In this document: piece after piece, positions 50,346-62,593 of the stretch
Layout of the letters: each line of letters starts with the position of its first letter
Position numbering within the stretch: the stretch's first letter is position 1
Assembly (NCBI RefSeq): GCF_028641065.1
Contig: NC_073377.1
Coordinates: forward strand, 123,504,001 to 123,568,000
Origin: Leucoraja erinacea
Taxonomy: Eukaryota
Reading direction: 5' to 3'
Length of the DNA stretch: 64,000 bases
Made by a program: the position numbers and the translations under genes
The notes under the pieces: generated by a model
What the model saw: the letters and a program-made list of their open reading frames with translations, nothing else
Databases searched by the model: none
What the model was told of the DNA's origin: nothing

Positions 50346-51454
50346 CACCAATACATCAAAATATTTATGCATTTCTTTTGCAAGAACAACATGTAGATAT
50401 ACAGTGCTGTTCATAAACTTTGACCAATAAATAATACAGAATGTGATGCATTTTGTCAGCTGAATTTTTAAATGGTAGAATACTTTCCTCCCAAAATTTT
50501 CTTTGAATCAATTATGAAAATTATTCATCCTGAAATCTGTTTCAATATGATTTCTAAAGGATGTGTTGTAATATGTAGCTCTACTTATTATGGCAATAAA
50601 TCAAATAAATCCTATTAATCATGACTCCTACGTAATCCCTCCACTCCCTCACATACTCAACATTCCTGCAACACTCACACCTATTCAGCTATTAAATCAT
50701 AATGATCATCACTCAAACATTGCAGCAGACTCACCAACACCGCTCCCCTTCTCTGGTTGGTATGGAATGCATGGTTACCTACAGGAACCAAAGACTGCAG
50801 AGGGACAATGTTGTGCTCATTTGTTGACTGGCATTGAGGACAGAGTGATGCACGTTATGGTCATCAAATGCCAGTGATGGAGCAGTGATCTTTGAAGTTG
50901 TGCTCTTAGAGTCATGGAGGCATGAAGCACAGAAACTCTCCATGCCAACCCAGATGCCCACCTAAACTGCTCCCATTTGCCCTTGTTTACTTAATTAAAA
51001 TGGCTATAATTATTTAAAATGGCTTCCAACGATCCACTTATCCCAAACCGCACAATTTTTTCTAATTTGCAACATGAAATTAGTGCAAGGTTGCTTCTCT
51101 AACCTCCTCCCTCAAAATCGTCATACCTATTAGCGTTTCTCCGTTCAGATAGACAAGAAAATCCCAAGGAACAATCTTTAGATGGAGAGTCAGAGGAGGG
51201 TCAATAGAGAAGTCACCCAGTCACTGGACCTGACATAATCATACACTGAGGATAGTTGCCAGAACCTGAGTCACTGGGCATGAATAGCAAGTGTATCCCA
51301 GCTCCTTGAGCCCCTAAGGCAAGGTCGGACAGGATTCCGCTGGTGTTAGACCCAGATCAGGAATTTAATTGGGAAGCCGACGGATGAACTTTGATGAAAA
51401 GGCACAAAGAACACGCAACAAATAGCAACATTGGGAATTGGCAAATTTACCTGT

Positions 51455-51762
51455 AAGTTTAGTTTAGTTTGGAGATACAGTGTGGAAACTGGCCCTTCGG
51501 CCTACGGAGTCCACACTGACCGTGATTCATATACACCAGTACCATCCTACACACTAGGGCGAATTTATAATTTTTAACAAAGCCAATTAACCTACAAACC
51601 TATACTGTACATCTTTGGAATGTGGGTGGAAACCGGGGCACTCAGGGAAAACCCACGTGGTCACGGGAAGAACGTACAAACTCTGTACGGACAGCACCAG
51701 TAGTCAGGATCGAACCCGGGTCTCTGGCACTGTAAGGCAGCAACTCTACCACCATGCCGCCC
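51455..51762 (-). mobile_element. V-SINE (HE1-like)
   Basis: (TTTAG)n tail, antisense V-domain and GGATCGAACCC B box. Confidence 0.8.
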
Positions 51763-52287
51763 TAAGTGTGTGAAGTGGCCTGAAAGCTTTGGGTGGGTGA
51801 TGGGATGGGAGGCAGGGTCCCGCTTGTATTTTGCACATGGGTTGACAAAGACCCTGTGACTGATCTTTTCGTCTTTTCAAATCATGGATGAAATATTGTG
51901 TCCAGAGGAAGGACAATAGTTACAGTATATTATGCAGCACAAACTAACTGTCCTCTCGCTATTGCCATTCCTCTGGTGACGTTGCAATTGCCTGTCATCT
52001 ATCCAGCCCTGACTGCCACTCCTGATGGGGAGTTGTTGGTTGAAGTTGTGCCCAGGATACTATCGGAAGTCTCCTTTGACCATTTTGGCCACATTGACTG
52101 ATTCTCCCAATCTACCTCATTGCAGCCCTTGCAATTTTTCTTTTTATATCTGCACTATCTATGTAGTCTTTGCACAACCTGTTGTACTTATCAATCGCTT
52201 GATTGTATCTATGTAACGTATGATTTGACTAGATAGCATGTGAAGTTTTCCACTGTGTCTAGGTACATGTGACAGCAATAAACTAAT

Positions 52288-52515
52288 GGTCATAAGGTCA
52301 TAAGTGATATGAGTAGAATTAGGCCATTCGGCCCATCCTCTACTCCGCCATTCAATGGCTGATCTATCTCTCCTTCCTAACCCCATTCTCCTGCCTTCTC
52401 CCCATAAACTCTGACACCTGCACTAATCAAGAATTTATCTATCTCTGCCTTATAAATATCCACTGACGGCCTCTGCAGCCTTCTGTGGCAAGAAATTCCA
52501 CTGATTCACCACCCT
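52288..52515 (-). mobile_element. CR1 LINE 3' end
   Basis: Antisense GAATTAGGCCATTCGGCCC tail and GATTCACCAC motif. Confidence 0.7.
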
Positions 52516-53617
52516 ATGCCAATATCTGGAGGGATCCATGTGCGGTCAGTGGGGTGAAAGGTCAGAAGGCAATTTGGGATGGCTGGTGAGAGTTTTTTTT
52601 TACCTGATTTTGTAAACAAGGACTGGGGAGACTTATAGGCTCCTTGCAGGATTACCAGAAGGCATCTTCCCATATGATCAAGCTCTTCCTCGCTTACACC
52701 AAGAGGCCTCATCAGAGCCCAGAGGGGAATTCCAACCCTCAAAATCAAGCTGATTTGTAGCAGCAAACCACACTAATGAATGATAGCTCACATTTTATTG
52801 GGAAGTGTCTTCCTTGAGGCAGAACTGGCAAAGGATAAAGGAAACTTAATGAGCAATCATTTATATAACGCTTGTGGTGAAATATCTGTTTGCTAACAGC
52901 ACAGCCTCTGTAAAAGACAACCGTAAAATCCGAGACCACTCATTCAGGTAATAGGAAGGGTGGTCAAATTATGGAACACACTCCCACAGAAAGTAGGAAA
53001 TGCAAGCTCAGTTAATACGTTTGTCTGAGATTAATAGAGCCAATAACAACTGCCGGGGGAACTCAGATGTTCAAGCACATTGGTGGGAATGGGGCGGGGG
53101 AGGGGAGAAGAGGGGAAGGAATTGTTAACGTTTTGGATGAAAATCTTGCATTGGAGATTTGATGCAATATCTCAACCATTGAAGATGACAATTCCTCCTC
53201 TGTGACCCCCCCCCGAGATACTTTTAACCCACTGAGTTCCTCCAACAGTTTGATTTTTGCTCCAGATTCCAGCATCTCTGGAATCTTTGGGATTAATAGA
53301 CTTCTATTAGCAACAAACTAAGTGGATGGTGTTGAGCTACTGTTCAGTCATTCAATCATACTCTCTTGGAAGGGTGAAACAGGTCTGATGGGCAGAATGG
53401 TCTCCCTTATCTCTTACCCTTTGCACATGGAAGATAGTGAAAATGCTGGCCTCTCCTTTGGCGGGTCACTTAAAATTTCAAGACAGGAAGTAGCGGGTTT
53501 CAGTTAGGTTAGGAAATTGAAGCACTTACCAGCAATGGATTGCAGAATCTGGCAGGAACCACACAATGAGCCTCAGGGTACAATATGCATATATTTCCAA
53601 TGGCACGTTTGACAGAT

Positions 53618-53908
53618 TTACTTTAGACTTTAGAGATACAGCGCGTAAACGGCTCTTTGTCCCACCGAGTCCGGGCCAACCAGTGATCACTCCGTACACT
53701 AGCACTATCCTACACACTGACAATTTACAATGTGTAAAGCCAATTAACCTACAAACATGTACATCTTTGAAACTGGAGCAACTGGAGAAAACCCATGCTG
53801 TCATAGGGAGAACGTACAAACTCCGTACAGACAGCATGTGTAGTCACGATCAAACCCGGGTATCTGTTGCTGTAAGGCAGCAACTCTACCATTGTGCTGT
53901 TGTGCTGC
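53618..53908 (-). mobile_element. V-SINE (HE1-like)
   Basis: Matches the other copies. Confidence 0.78.
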
Positions 53909-54493
53909 TCCAGATCATTTGACCCAAATCAAATTTTGAACTCTAAGAATACAGCTCTAGGCTGTTAATCTAGAATTATTTAAACATTGTAGAATCTGAA
54001 ATGAGTTTTGATTCTGTGGCCTTCTGGCATTCTCAAACAACAAGAGAGGGAATGAACATGGAGACTGTAATGTACGGGAACACGTGATATATGTCTGATG
54101 TGTGCGCACATACACTGTGTAGATGGAGAGTGAGGGATGAACACGGGTCACATGTTTTAGTACTTCCTTGATCTAAGTGATTCCTCATATTCCTGATACA
54201 ATATGCATTAGAAGAATAACCTACCAAAACATTAACATTTCTGATGAGGATGTAATAAACAGATTTCACGGGAGAAAAAAAGTGGGATCTCAGGCAAAAA
54301 GTGAAAATAAGTGGAGTTTGAATGAAGCAAGAAGCTTTAGCTGTGAGCCAACTCTGTTGGTGACTACAGCAACAGTTCGTGCCAGAGGCAATGTTGCTGA
54401 AATGACTAGTGTCTAACCATGGATGAAACCAGCAAGTGTGGGGATGTGAGAGGAGACTTTTTTTTTGTTCGATACCATTATACGAAAATATAC

Positions 54494-55015
54494 TTAGATT
54501 AGATTAGATTAGACTTTATTAATCCCCTTATTCAGGGGAAATTCAGATGTCCTTGCAGCACACTAATAAAAATACAACATAGTATTCATGAAGAAATTCA
54601 ACACCAAACATAAAACATCCCCCCACAGTGATTCCCACTGTGGGGGAAGGCACAAAGTCCAGTCCCCATCCTCTTGTCCACCCAAAGTCGGGCCTATTGA
54701 GGCCTCCACAGTCGCCGCCACGGCGCCCGATGTTCTCGCTGGGTGATGGTACTCCGGCGTCGGGAGAACCCCCAGCGGCTTGAGGTGCCAGGAACGGCCG
54801 CCTTCCCACCGGAGCCCGCGGCTTCCAAGCCAAACTGACCGCGCCGGACGGAGCTCCACACACTGGCGATCTCGGCGAGAGATCCCAGGCTCCGGGATGT
54901 AGGTTCAACGTCGCAGCTGGCCGCTCCGCAGAACCGCGGCTCAACGATGATGTTTTCGGCGGTCCAAGCATACTGGAGTCCCAGCGCGGCGACCCAGGAA
55001 AGGCATCGCCCGCTC
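54494..55015 (-). mobile_element. X-family element 3' part (X4)
   Basis: (TTAGA)n tail, CCCCT/AGGGG terminal stem-loop next to AATAAA, hairpin CCCCCACAGTG/CACTGTGGGGG at 54620-54646, GC-rich body. Confidence 0.65.
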
Positions 55016-55374
55016 CCCTACTTCTTCCTTGGCTGTATGTTTTCCTGTTACTACCATCTACTGCATGGGTATTAATTATTTCATTAGTCATAATATACTT
55101 TTTATTTATGTTAATCTTATTTAACAACAGATGGTTAATACGTCAAACAAGGGCATATTGACATTATTCTATTTTATCTATCTACTATTGTAATCCAGCA
55201 TTCAGTAATTTTCCACTGAGAAGCAGGCTTCCTTATCTATGTAGGAAGATTAGGATGTCTCAGTGTCGACTTGAGTTCACAAGCTCTTCTTTGTGTTTAG
55301 CGAACTTGTTTTCTTAACTCTATGGGTCACACCTGCACCAGGCCTGTTCAGCCTAGCTATGAAGGGTACATTCA

Positions 55375-55900
55375 CTGGAGTAAAGTTTGATTCCCACAGA
55401 GCTGCCCATGTTGAAAGACAAAATGGAAGAACAGCTAATTTCTTCCACACATTCTTAGCATATCCATGTGCCTACCAAAAAGCCGCTTAAATGCCACTAT
55501 CGTGTCTCCTTCCACCACCACCCCTGGCAGTGTCTTCCTGGCACCCGCCACTCACTGTGTAAACATATGTGTCACTGTGTAAACCATGACGCTTTGACCT
55601 TAAAGCTATGCTCTCTCATCTTTGGCATTTCCACCCTGGGGAAATGGTTCTGATTATCTACCTTATCTATGCCTCTCATCATTTTATATACTCCCATCAG
55701 GTCTCCCCTGAACCTCCAGTATTCCTGAGAAAGCAATCCAAATTTGTCTAACCTCTTCTTGTGGCTAATGCCCTCTAATCTAGGCAGCATTCTGGTAAAA
55801 CTCTTCTGCACCCTCTCCAAAGCTTCCATATCCTTCCTCTAATGTGGTGACCAGAACTTCACACAATATTCCAAAGCCGGCCTAATCATGCAATTGCTCA
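55375..55900 (-). mobile_element. CR1 LINE 3' fragment
   Basis: ORF 55572-55829 ALERVQKSFTRMLPRLEG..RGDLMGVYKMMRGIDKVD. Confidence 0.82.
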
Positions 55901-56012
55901 ACACTACCTTCTTTCCCTGGTAATTGGCAATAAATGCCAGCATTGCCACCAACATCTATGTATCAGAAATAAATCTTTAAGGGTTTAGGTTTATTATTGT
56001 TACATGTGCATT

Positions 56013-56320
56013 TGGCATGGCAGGATGGTGCAGCGATAGAATTGCTGTCTTACAGTGCCAGTGACGTGGGACCGATCCTGACTATGGGTGCTGTCTGTAG
56101 GAAGTGTGTACATTCACCCTCTGACTGCGTGTGTCTTCTCTGGGTGCACCGGTTTCCTCCCATATTCCAAAGATGTACAGGTTTGTAGGCTAATTGGCTT
56201 CAATAAGTTATAAAATATTGTCCCTGGTGGGTGTAAGTTAGTGTATGGGATGATTGCTGGTAGGCGCAGACTTGATGGGCTGAAGGTCCTGTTTCTGTGC
56301 AGTACCACTAAAGTCTAAAG
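56013..56320 (+). mobile_element. V-SINE (HE1-like)
   Basis: Matches the other copies; (CTAAAGT)n tail. Confidence 0.75.
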
Positions 56321-57569
56321 TACCGAGGTACAATGAAAAGCTTTCTTTTGCATGCTAACCAAACAGATCTGAATAATCATACATAAATTCAATCAGTATA
56401 AACTCAAGAGCAATTGATAGAGCAAAGGTGAAAATACGGAAGATCCGACAACATTGGATTTCATCCAGTTTAGTCGGATATATCAAAAGCTGTCAAATGT
56501 TAGCAGGATCTGTTATCCCTGGTTGACATGTCTGTCAGTTTGCGGTTTCAGAGATTTTCATTCTACCTTTTCTTTTTCTAAGTATGACATCATATCGTCT
56601 TTGTTTTCAGGGTTTTTAAATATAACTTACAAAATACTAAATTTTGTCTCCAGGTTTGTATCTGTTCCCAGTAAAAGTGTGTCTCTTCATTATTTAACAA
56701 AGGGTTGCTGTAACGTTTCGACTGGCTATATGCCTAGAAATATTATGGCCTTTGGCCATATCTGAATGCATCATCCAGATTGATATGTGGTTGCATTGAT
56801 TTTTTTTGACAGCCAAAATCAGCCGTTTAAATGAGAATCGGTGAATCATTTTCCATACAAAGTGAATGATATAATGTTTAACAATGAGTATAATGTTTTA
56901 AACCTGGCAGTAGTTTGTTTTAATTCTGTTTTGATGTCCAAGGTAGCAGATAGCCAAGGGGCATTTTAACAATGCAAATTACTTTCTATTATTTTCAGAA
57001 TTTCAATAGTGGGAAAATATATTGCTCTTTCATGACTATTAATATTTTTTATATGCCATGTGTTTTTTTGTGATCCTGATTTAATTTGTTAGAGTATTAA
57101 TGGCACACGTTTTTGCAATCAAATATTGGGGGATCCTCAGCAAAATAAGGCCTCAAATGACACTTATTCAGCTTTTTCTGGTAATGTATATATGGAGGTT
57201 CAGATAATATTGGCAATAACTAAAAATTATCATTAGCTCAATAATAGAGACACAGTGAAACCACATGACAACTGCAAAAGTACTGTTTAGCTCAACTTTC
57301 ACTTGAAAGTTGTAAGTTGAGCTAGACAGTACTTTTGCAGTTATCACGGGGTATCTGTGTCTTTGTAACTGTCCATAGACTGACAACCTTCAAAGATCGC
57401 TGTCCAGCTTGGTTTGCTATTATCTCCGAATTTAATCATCTCAACAATATGGATTGCCTGGGGGTTTAACTCCAGAATTCCTTATTCATACCCAGTGCAT
57501 TTTTCTATAGCATAAAAGGTGCTGATATCATATCAGTCCTCACTGTTGGTATCTATGGTGCTTCTACAG

Positions 57570-57780
57570 CAAAGGCACAAAGTGTTGGAGTAAATCTGTG
57601 GGTCAGGCAGCATCATTGAAGAACATTGACAGGCGACGTTTCAGGTCAGGACATCTCTGAAGAAGGGCCCTGACCCAAAATGTTGCCTATCCATGTTCTC
57701 CAGAGATGCTGCCTGACCCACTGAGTTGCTCCAACATTTTGTGTTTTTTGCTCTAGATTCTAGCAGCTGCAGTTCCTTCA
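57570..57780 (+). mobile_element. Fold-back Penelope-derived element
   Basis: Antisense GACGTTTCAGGTC at ~57635 abuts sense CTGAAGAAGGGCCCTGACCC at 57657; inverted arms; tail on the right. Confidence 0.68.
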
Positions 57781-57889
57781 TTGTCCAATAAGCTGTTGAA
57801 GCTGGTTAAGGACCTGCTCATCTAATTCAATTAATACATTTATTTTTTAAACTTTAGTAACCAACTTGTAAATATTAAAATATTAACAA

Positions 57890-59569
57890 TGTCCAGTGTC
57901 AAGATAGTCCAGTGTCAAAATTATGTTTAAAAGAAAACTTATATATGTAGAAAAAAACACAAAGATAGAAAGAAAAAAAAGGAAAAAAGGAAAAAAGGAA
58001 GAAACAAAATCCTCCTAAACTGAAGAGAAAAAAAAAGCAAAACAGAATCTGAGCAGAGAATTTCAATAATTTAAGCCTGTTTGTCGTCAAGTCCGTTCCA
58101 CCATATAGAGGTAAAATAGTTTTTATAACGGTTAGAGAGGGAGCAATTTATGTTGTGTGAAAGTGTTGAATAAATTTTCCCCAAGTCTTATCAAATTTAA
58201 CCAAGTGTTCAACAATGTTACCTGATTTTTTTCTAAATTTAAACATTATATCGTTTCAGAGTACCAATGGAGTGTGGTTGGAGGGTTAGAGTATTTCCAT
58301 TTAAATAAAATAGATCTTCTGGCGATTAATGTGGCAAAACCAATCAACCAATGGGCGGAGCGGGACAAGTGAATAGAGTCTAACATTGGTAGCCCAAAAA
58401 TTGCAGTAATAGGATGAGGTTGTAAATCAATATCCTAAGACTACAGAAATAGTATCAAAAATGTATTTCCAATATTTTTCCAAAGTGGGCAGGACCAAAA
58501 CATATGGGTCAGTGAGGCCACTAGAGTTACATCTGTCAAATGTAGGATTTATATGACCATAAAAACGAGGTAACTTATCTTTCGACATATGAACTCTGTG
58601 AACCACCTTGAATTGTATCAAAGCGTGTCTTGCACACATTGAAGAGGTATTGACTAATTGAAGAATCCTCTCCCATTTCTCTATAGATAGAGAAATTTGG
58701 AGTTCTCTTTCCCGGTCATTTTTTATTTTATCAAATATATCTATTTGTAATTTCAAAATCAACTCATAAATAGTCGTTATTAATCCTTTCTGATAAGGGT
58801 TCAAATGTAAAATGTTTTCCAAAATTTTGGTTTGATGTGGTAGCGGAAAAAAGGGTAGAGTAGCCTTGAAAAAATGTCTAATTTGTAAATATCTAAAAAA
58901 GTGTGAATTAAGTAAATTATATTTATTGGAGAGTTGTTCGAAAGACATACCAATGATCCAAAAACAAATCACGAAAAGCTACTAATCCCTTCCTCTTCCA
59001 TAACAGAAAGGCTTGATCAGTACTAGAAAGTTGGAAGAAAAAGTAAGACTCGATAAGATAAAAACATTTAGTCCAAAAAACGTACGAAATTGAAACCATA
59101 TTCGAAACGTATGTCTTATTATTAGGCAAGTCGTATATTTATTCAATCTTGTAAATGTAAAAGGTAACGAGACCCCTAGAATAGAAGCCAATGATAGCCC
59201 TTGTAAGGAATCACGTTCAAGATTTATCCATCCTGGGCATTGGGTATCTTCTAAATCTTTTGTCCAATATGTTAGATAATGAACATTGACTACCCAATAG
59301 TAGAATCTAAGGTTCGGCAATGCCAAACCACCATCTTTCTTTGATTTCTGTAAGTATTTTTTACTTAGTCTGGAATTTGTATTCTGCCATATATATGAAG
59401 ACATTCTGCCAATAAAGGAAGATTTGGCAAGAAAAATTGGCATTGTCTGAAATAAATACAAACATTTAGGTAAAATGAGCATTTTAATAGCATTAATTCG
59501 GCTGATTAAAGAAAAGGACATTGGTGACCATTTAGTAAACTGTTGCTTGATATGGTCAATTAAAGGCAT
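57890..59569 (-). mobile_element. L1-clade LINE ORF2 3' part and 3'UTR (continues at 63931-64000)
   Basis: SRINAIKMLILPKCLYLFQ..GGLALPNLRFYYW; FFRYLQIRHF; IQFKVVHRVH; decayed zinc knuckle. Confidence 0.88.
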
Positions 59570-60051
59570 AAAATAGTAAGATTAAACGAGAACTTACCAG
59601 TTTGAAGTTTGATCTGTATTTTTATGAGGAGTTACGATGAGGGATTACGTGAAGAACCCGCTCAGCGCGCATGCGCGGCATACTTCCAAGCAGCGGTGTG
59701 GAATCACAGATAGACAGTTATTTGAAGTAAACATAGTAAAGAAAAGGAGACATCAGTTATTAGTTTGATCTATACAATGAGGGTGGGAGCGGAGGGCACG
59801 TAATCCCTCATCGTAACTCCTCATAAAATACAGATCAAACTTCAAACTGGTAAGTTCTCGTTTAATCTTACTATTTTACTTCGGAGTCACGTGAGCTCTG
59901 TGATTTCAAACCGTGTAACAGTTTTATTTCACTCACTGCCGAAGTTCTTGAGGGAGGAAGTGTTATCGTAATCAACCAATGAATCTGTTTTTCGAGAAAC
60001 AAAAAAGGTATTTATTAACAATAACAAAATAATTGCTCCCCCGGGCTTGAA

Positions 60052-60560
60052 TTAAATATTTGCAGCTTGTAATATTTTCTCTGCAAATAAATCAGGTTTC
60101 GTCAACGGCTTGTTATAAAAAGTTCTGAATGTCGTTTCCCTCGACCATCCTGCTGTATGCAGAATATGGTCAACCGGTACGTTCATTCTCTCGGCCGTTG
60201 ATGTAGATGCTGCCCTAGTGGAATGAGATTTAAATGTATTAGTATCTATTCTGGCAGCCTTCAGTACCTGTTTGAGCCATTTTGAAATGGTTTGGCTCGT
60301 TACCCGGCCATGAGGTTTCTTGTGGCTGACCCATAAGGCTTTTTCACTACCTCTGATATTGTGGGTTGTTTCTATGTAATGTTGTAGATGGGTCACGCCG
60401 CACAACCCTGGCTCTGGTGGGGAGGCCTGGAATACCACTATGGATTAGCTGTTCCTGTTTCCTGGCAGTACTTCTCCCATTTTTTGATGCTGGTTAAGTA
60501 CTGCCTCTGGTGGATGTTCCAAGGGATGCCGACATGGTGGTGATGGTTTGTTCGGACAAT
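60052..60560 (-). pseudogene. DIRS tyrosine recombinase, internally deleted
   Basis: TISKWLK..FKSHSTRAAS..AGWS..TFRTFY retains the HxxR, W and Y residues. About 0.5 kb containing the first catalytic Arg is absent relative to element B. Confidence 0.85.
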
Positions 60561-60664
60561 CCCAATTCCAGGTAAGGTCTGTTCAAAACCTGCAACCCAG
60601 GAGTTGAATTTTCTCATGGCATGGGTGGCTTATGCCTGATACTGGGTGAGTTAATAATCCTGGA

Positions 60665-62593
60665 TCACTCTGATTCAACCACCATGTCATGCAGAACTGG
60701 GAACCATGGCTGTGTAGGCCAGTCGGGCACCATCAAAATACCAGAAGCAGAGTCCATCTGTATTTTGCGAAGTACCCGACTGATGAGGCAGAAGGGAGGG
60801 AAAGCATAGAAGAAGAAATTTCCCCAATCCAGCGTGAAGGCATCTACCGCTGCTGCCTCTGGGTCTGGTTCCCAAGCGACATACATAGGTACCTGGTGAT
60901 TTAGCCTTGATGCAAATAAATCGATATCTGGCATTCCATATTGCTTAGTAACTTCAGCAAATAATTTAGGGTTTAACATCCATTTGATGTTGTCATTGAA
61001 TTTGCGTGACCTGGTGTCTGTCACTGTGTTTAGCTTACCTGGTAGGTAAGTAGCTGATAGCTAAATATGTCTTTCGACACACCACTGCCAAATCATGTTG
61101 ACCAATTTGTTGCATGATAATGATTTTATGCCGCCCATATGGTTAATATAAGCCACCACCGTAGTATTATCAATTTGTAACAGAACATGCAAGTGCTGCA
61201 TATTAGATACATATGCTTTTAAACCATAAAAGGCACCCAACATCTCTAGATAGTTAATGCCCAGTGTAAGTAGTAATGATGACTCTAGGTTAGTCCATCT
61301 ACCACCTGTGCTGGATATGGAGTTAGTTGCTTCCCAGCCTTGAGCACTGGCATCTGTTTGAATAACTAAAGTAGGGTTAGTGATGATAATAGGGCTGAAA
61401 CTATGCCAAACATTTTCTGCCCACCACTGTAGCTCTGATATTGCTTCAGTGGGTAATTTCATGACACGATCATAGTGACCTGTATGTCGTTTTAGTGCCT
61501 GTACCTTTGCTCTCTGTAAATTTTGATAGTGCAAAGGTCCGAATTGTGTAGCCGGAAATGCTGCTACCATTTTCCCAATCACTCTTGCTACTTGTCGAAT
61601 AGTTGGTCGCTCGTTGACCATTAAATTGTTACATGATTGTGCTAATTCAATCATATTTTCCTTTGGCAAGGTAACAGTCATATGGACTGAGTTAATTGTG
61701 AAGCCCAGGTAGTCCATGATAGTGGATGGCTTCAACTTGGATTTATCTGGATGTAGGACAAACCTCAGAGTTTCGAGGAGCTGTTTTGTAGCTGATACTG
61801 CTGCCACAGCCAATTCCATCATTTTCCCTACTATCAGAATATCATCCAGATATGCCATGACAATATGTTTTTGTTTTCTTAGTATTGCCATGGCTGGTTT
61901 CAATATTTTGGTGAATAATCTTGGGGCTGGAGTTAGGCCATTGGGCAATGCTTTGTACTGCCATAGCTGTCCCATCCAGATATATTTTAGGTATCTGTGA
62001 TGATCCTTGTGTATGGGTACTAGATAGTAAGCATCTTTAAGATCAATGCTTGCCATGAAGTATCCTTTGGAAATCAGTTGTTTGCCAGTAACAAATGTCT
62101 CCATTTTTAAATGTATATACTTAACAAACTTATTTAGTGATGTTAAGTAAATGATGATGCGACATCCACCATCTTTTTTGGTTTTAGTGAATATATTCGA
62201 TACAAATTCCAAAGGTTCATGTTTGGTCTTTTCGATGACCCCCTTTGTGATAAGTCTTACCAGTTCAGCTTGTCCCTCACGTTTCTCTTTGACGGAGGGA
62301 GAAAATACCCTTTGGGGCCAATGTTGAACTGGCGGCGATTTTTCTGACATGAATTGTATTTTATATCCACTAATGCTGTTGAGTATATACTTGTCACTCG
62401 TGACAGTACCCCATGCTTCTTTGAACAAGTGTAATCTCCCCCCTGTTAGTAAAGAACCCTTACTCTCTATATGCTGGCAGGAACCAGACCCACCTACCTC
62501 CATGGTTATTGGCGTTTCTTCTGTTTTCTCATGTCCTTGAAGGCCTTGTTTGTCTGATGTGCTGGCGATGTTGGGGGGTGGCGCATTTTCCAT
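60665..62593 (-). pseudogene. DIRS pol: reverse transcriptase, RNase H and Dam-like methyltransferase (in-frame TAG at 61061-61063)
   Basis: SIDLKDAYY, LPNGL..APRLFTK and AYLDD (RT); QTDAS, INYLE and IDNTT (RNase H); in the same frame after the stop, PDIDLFAS, DAFTLDW, YAFPPF and PDWPTQPWFP (MT domain). Confidence 0.92.
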
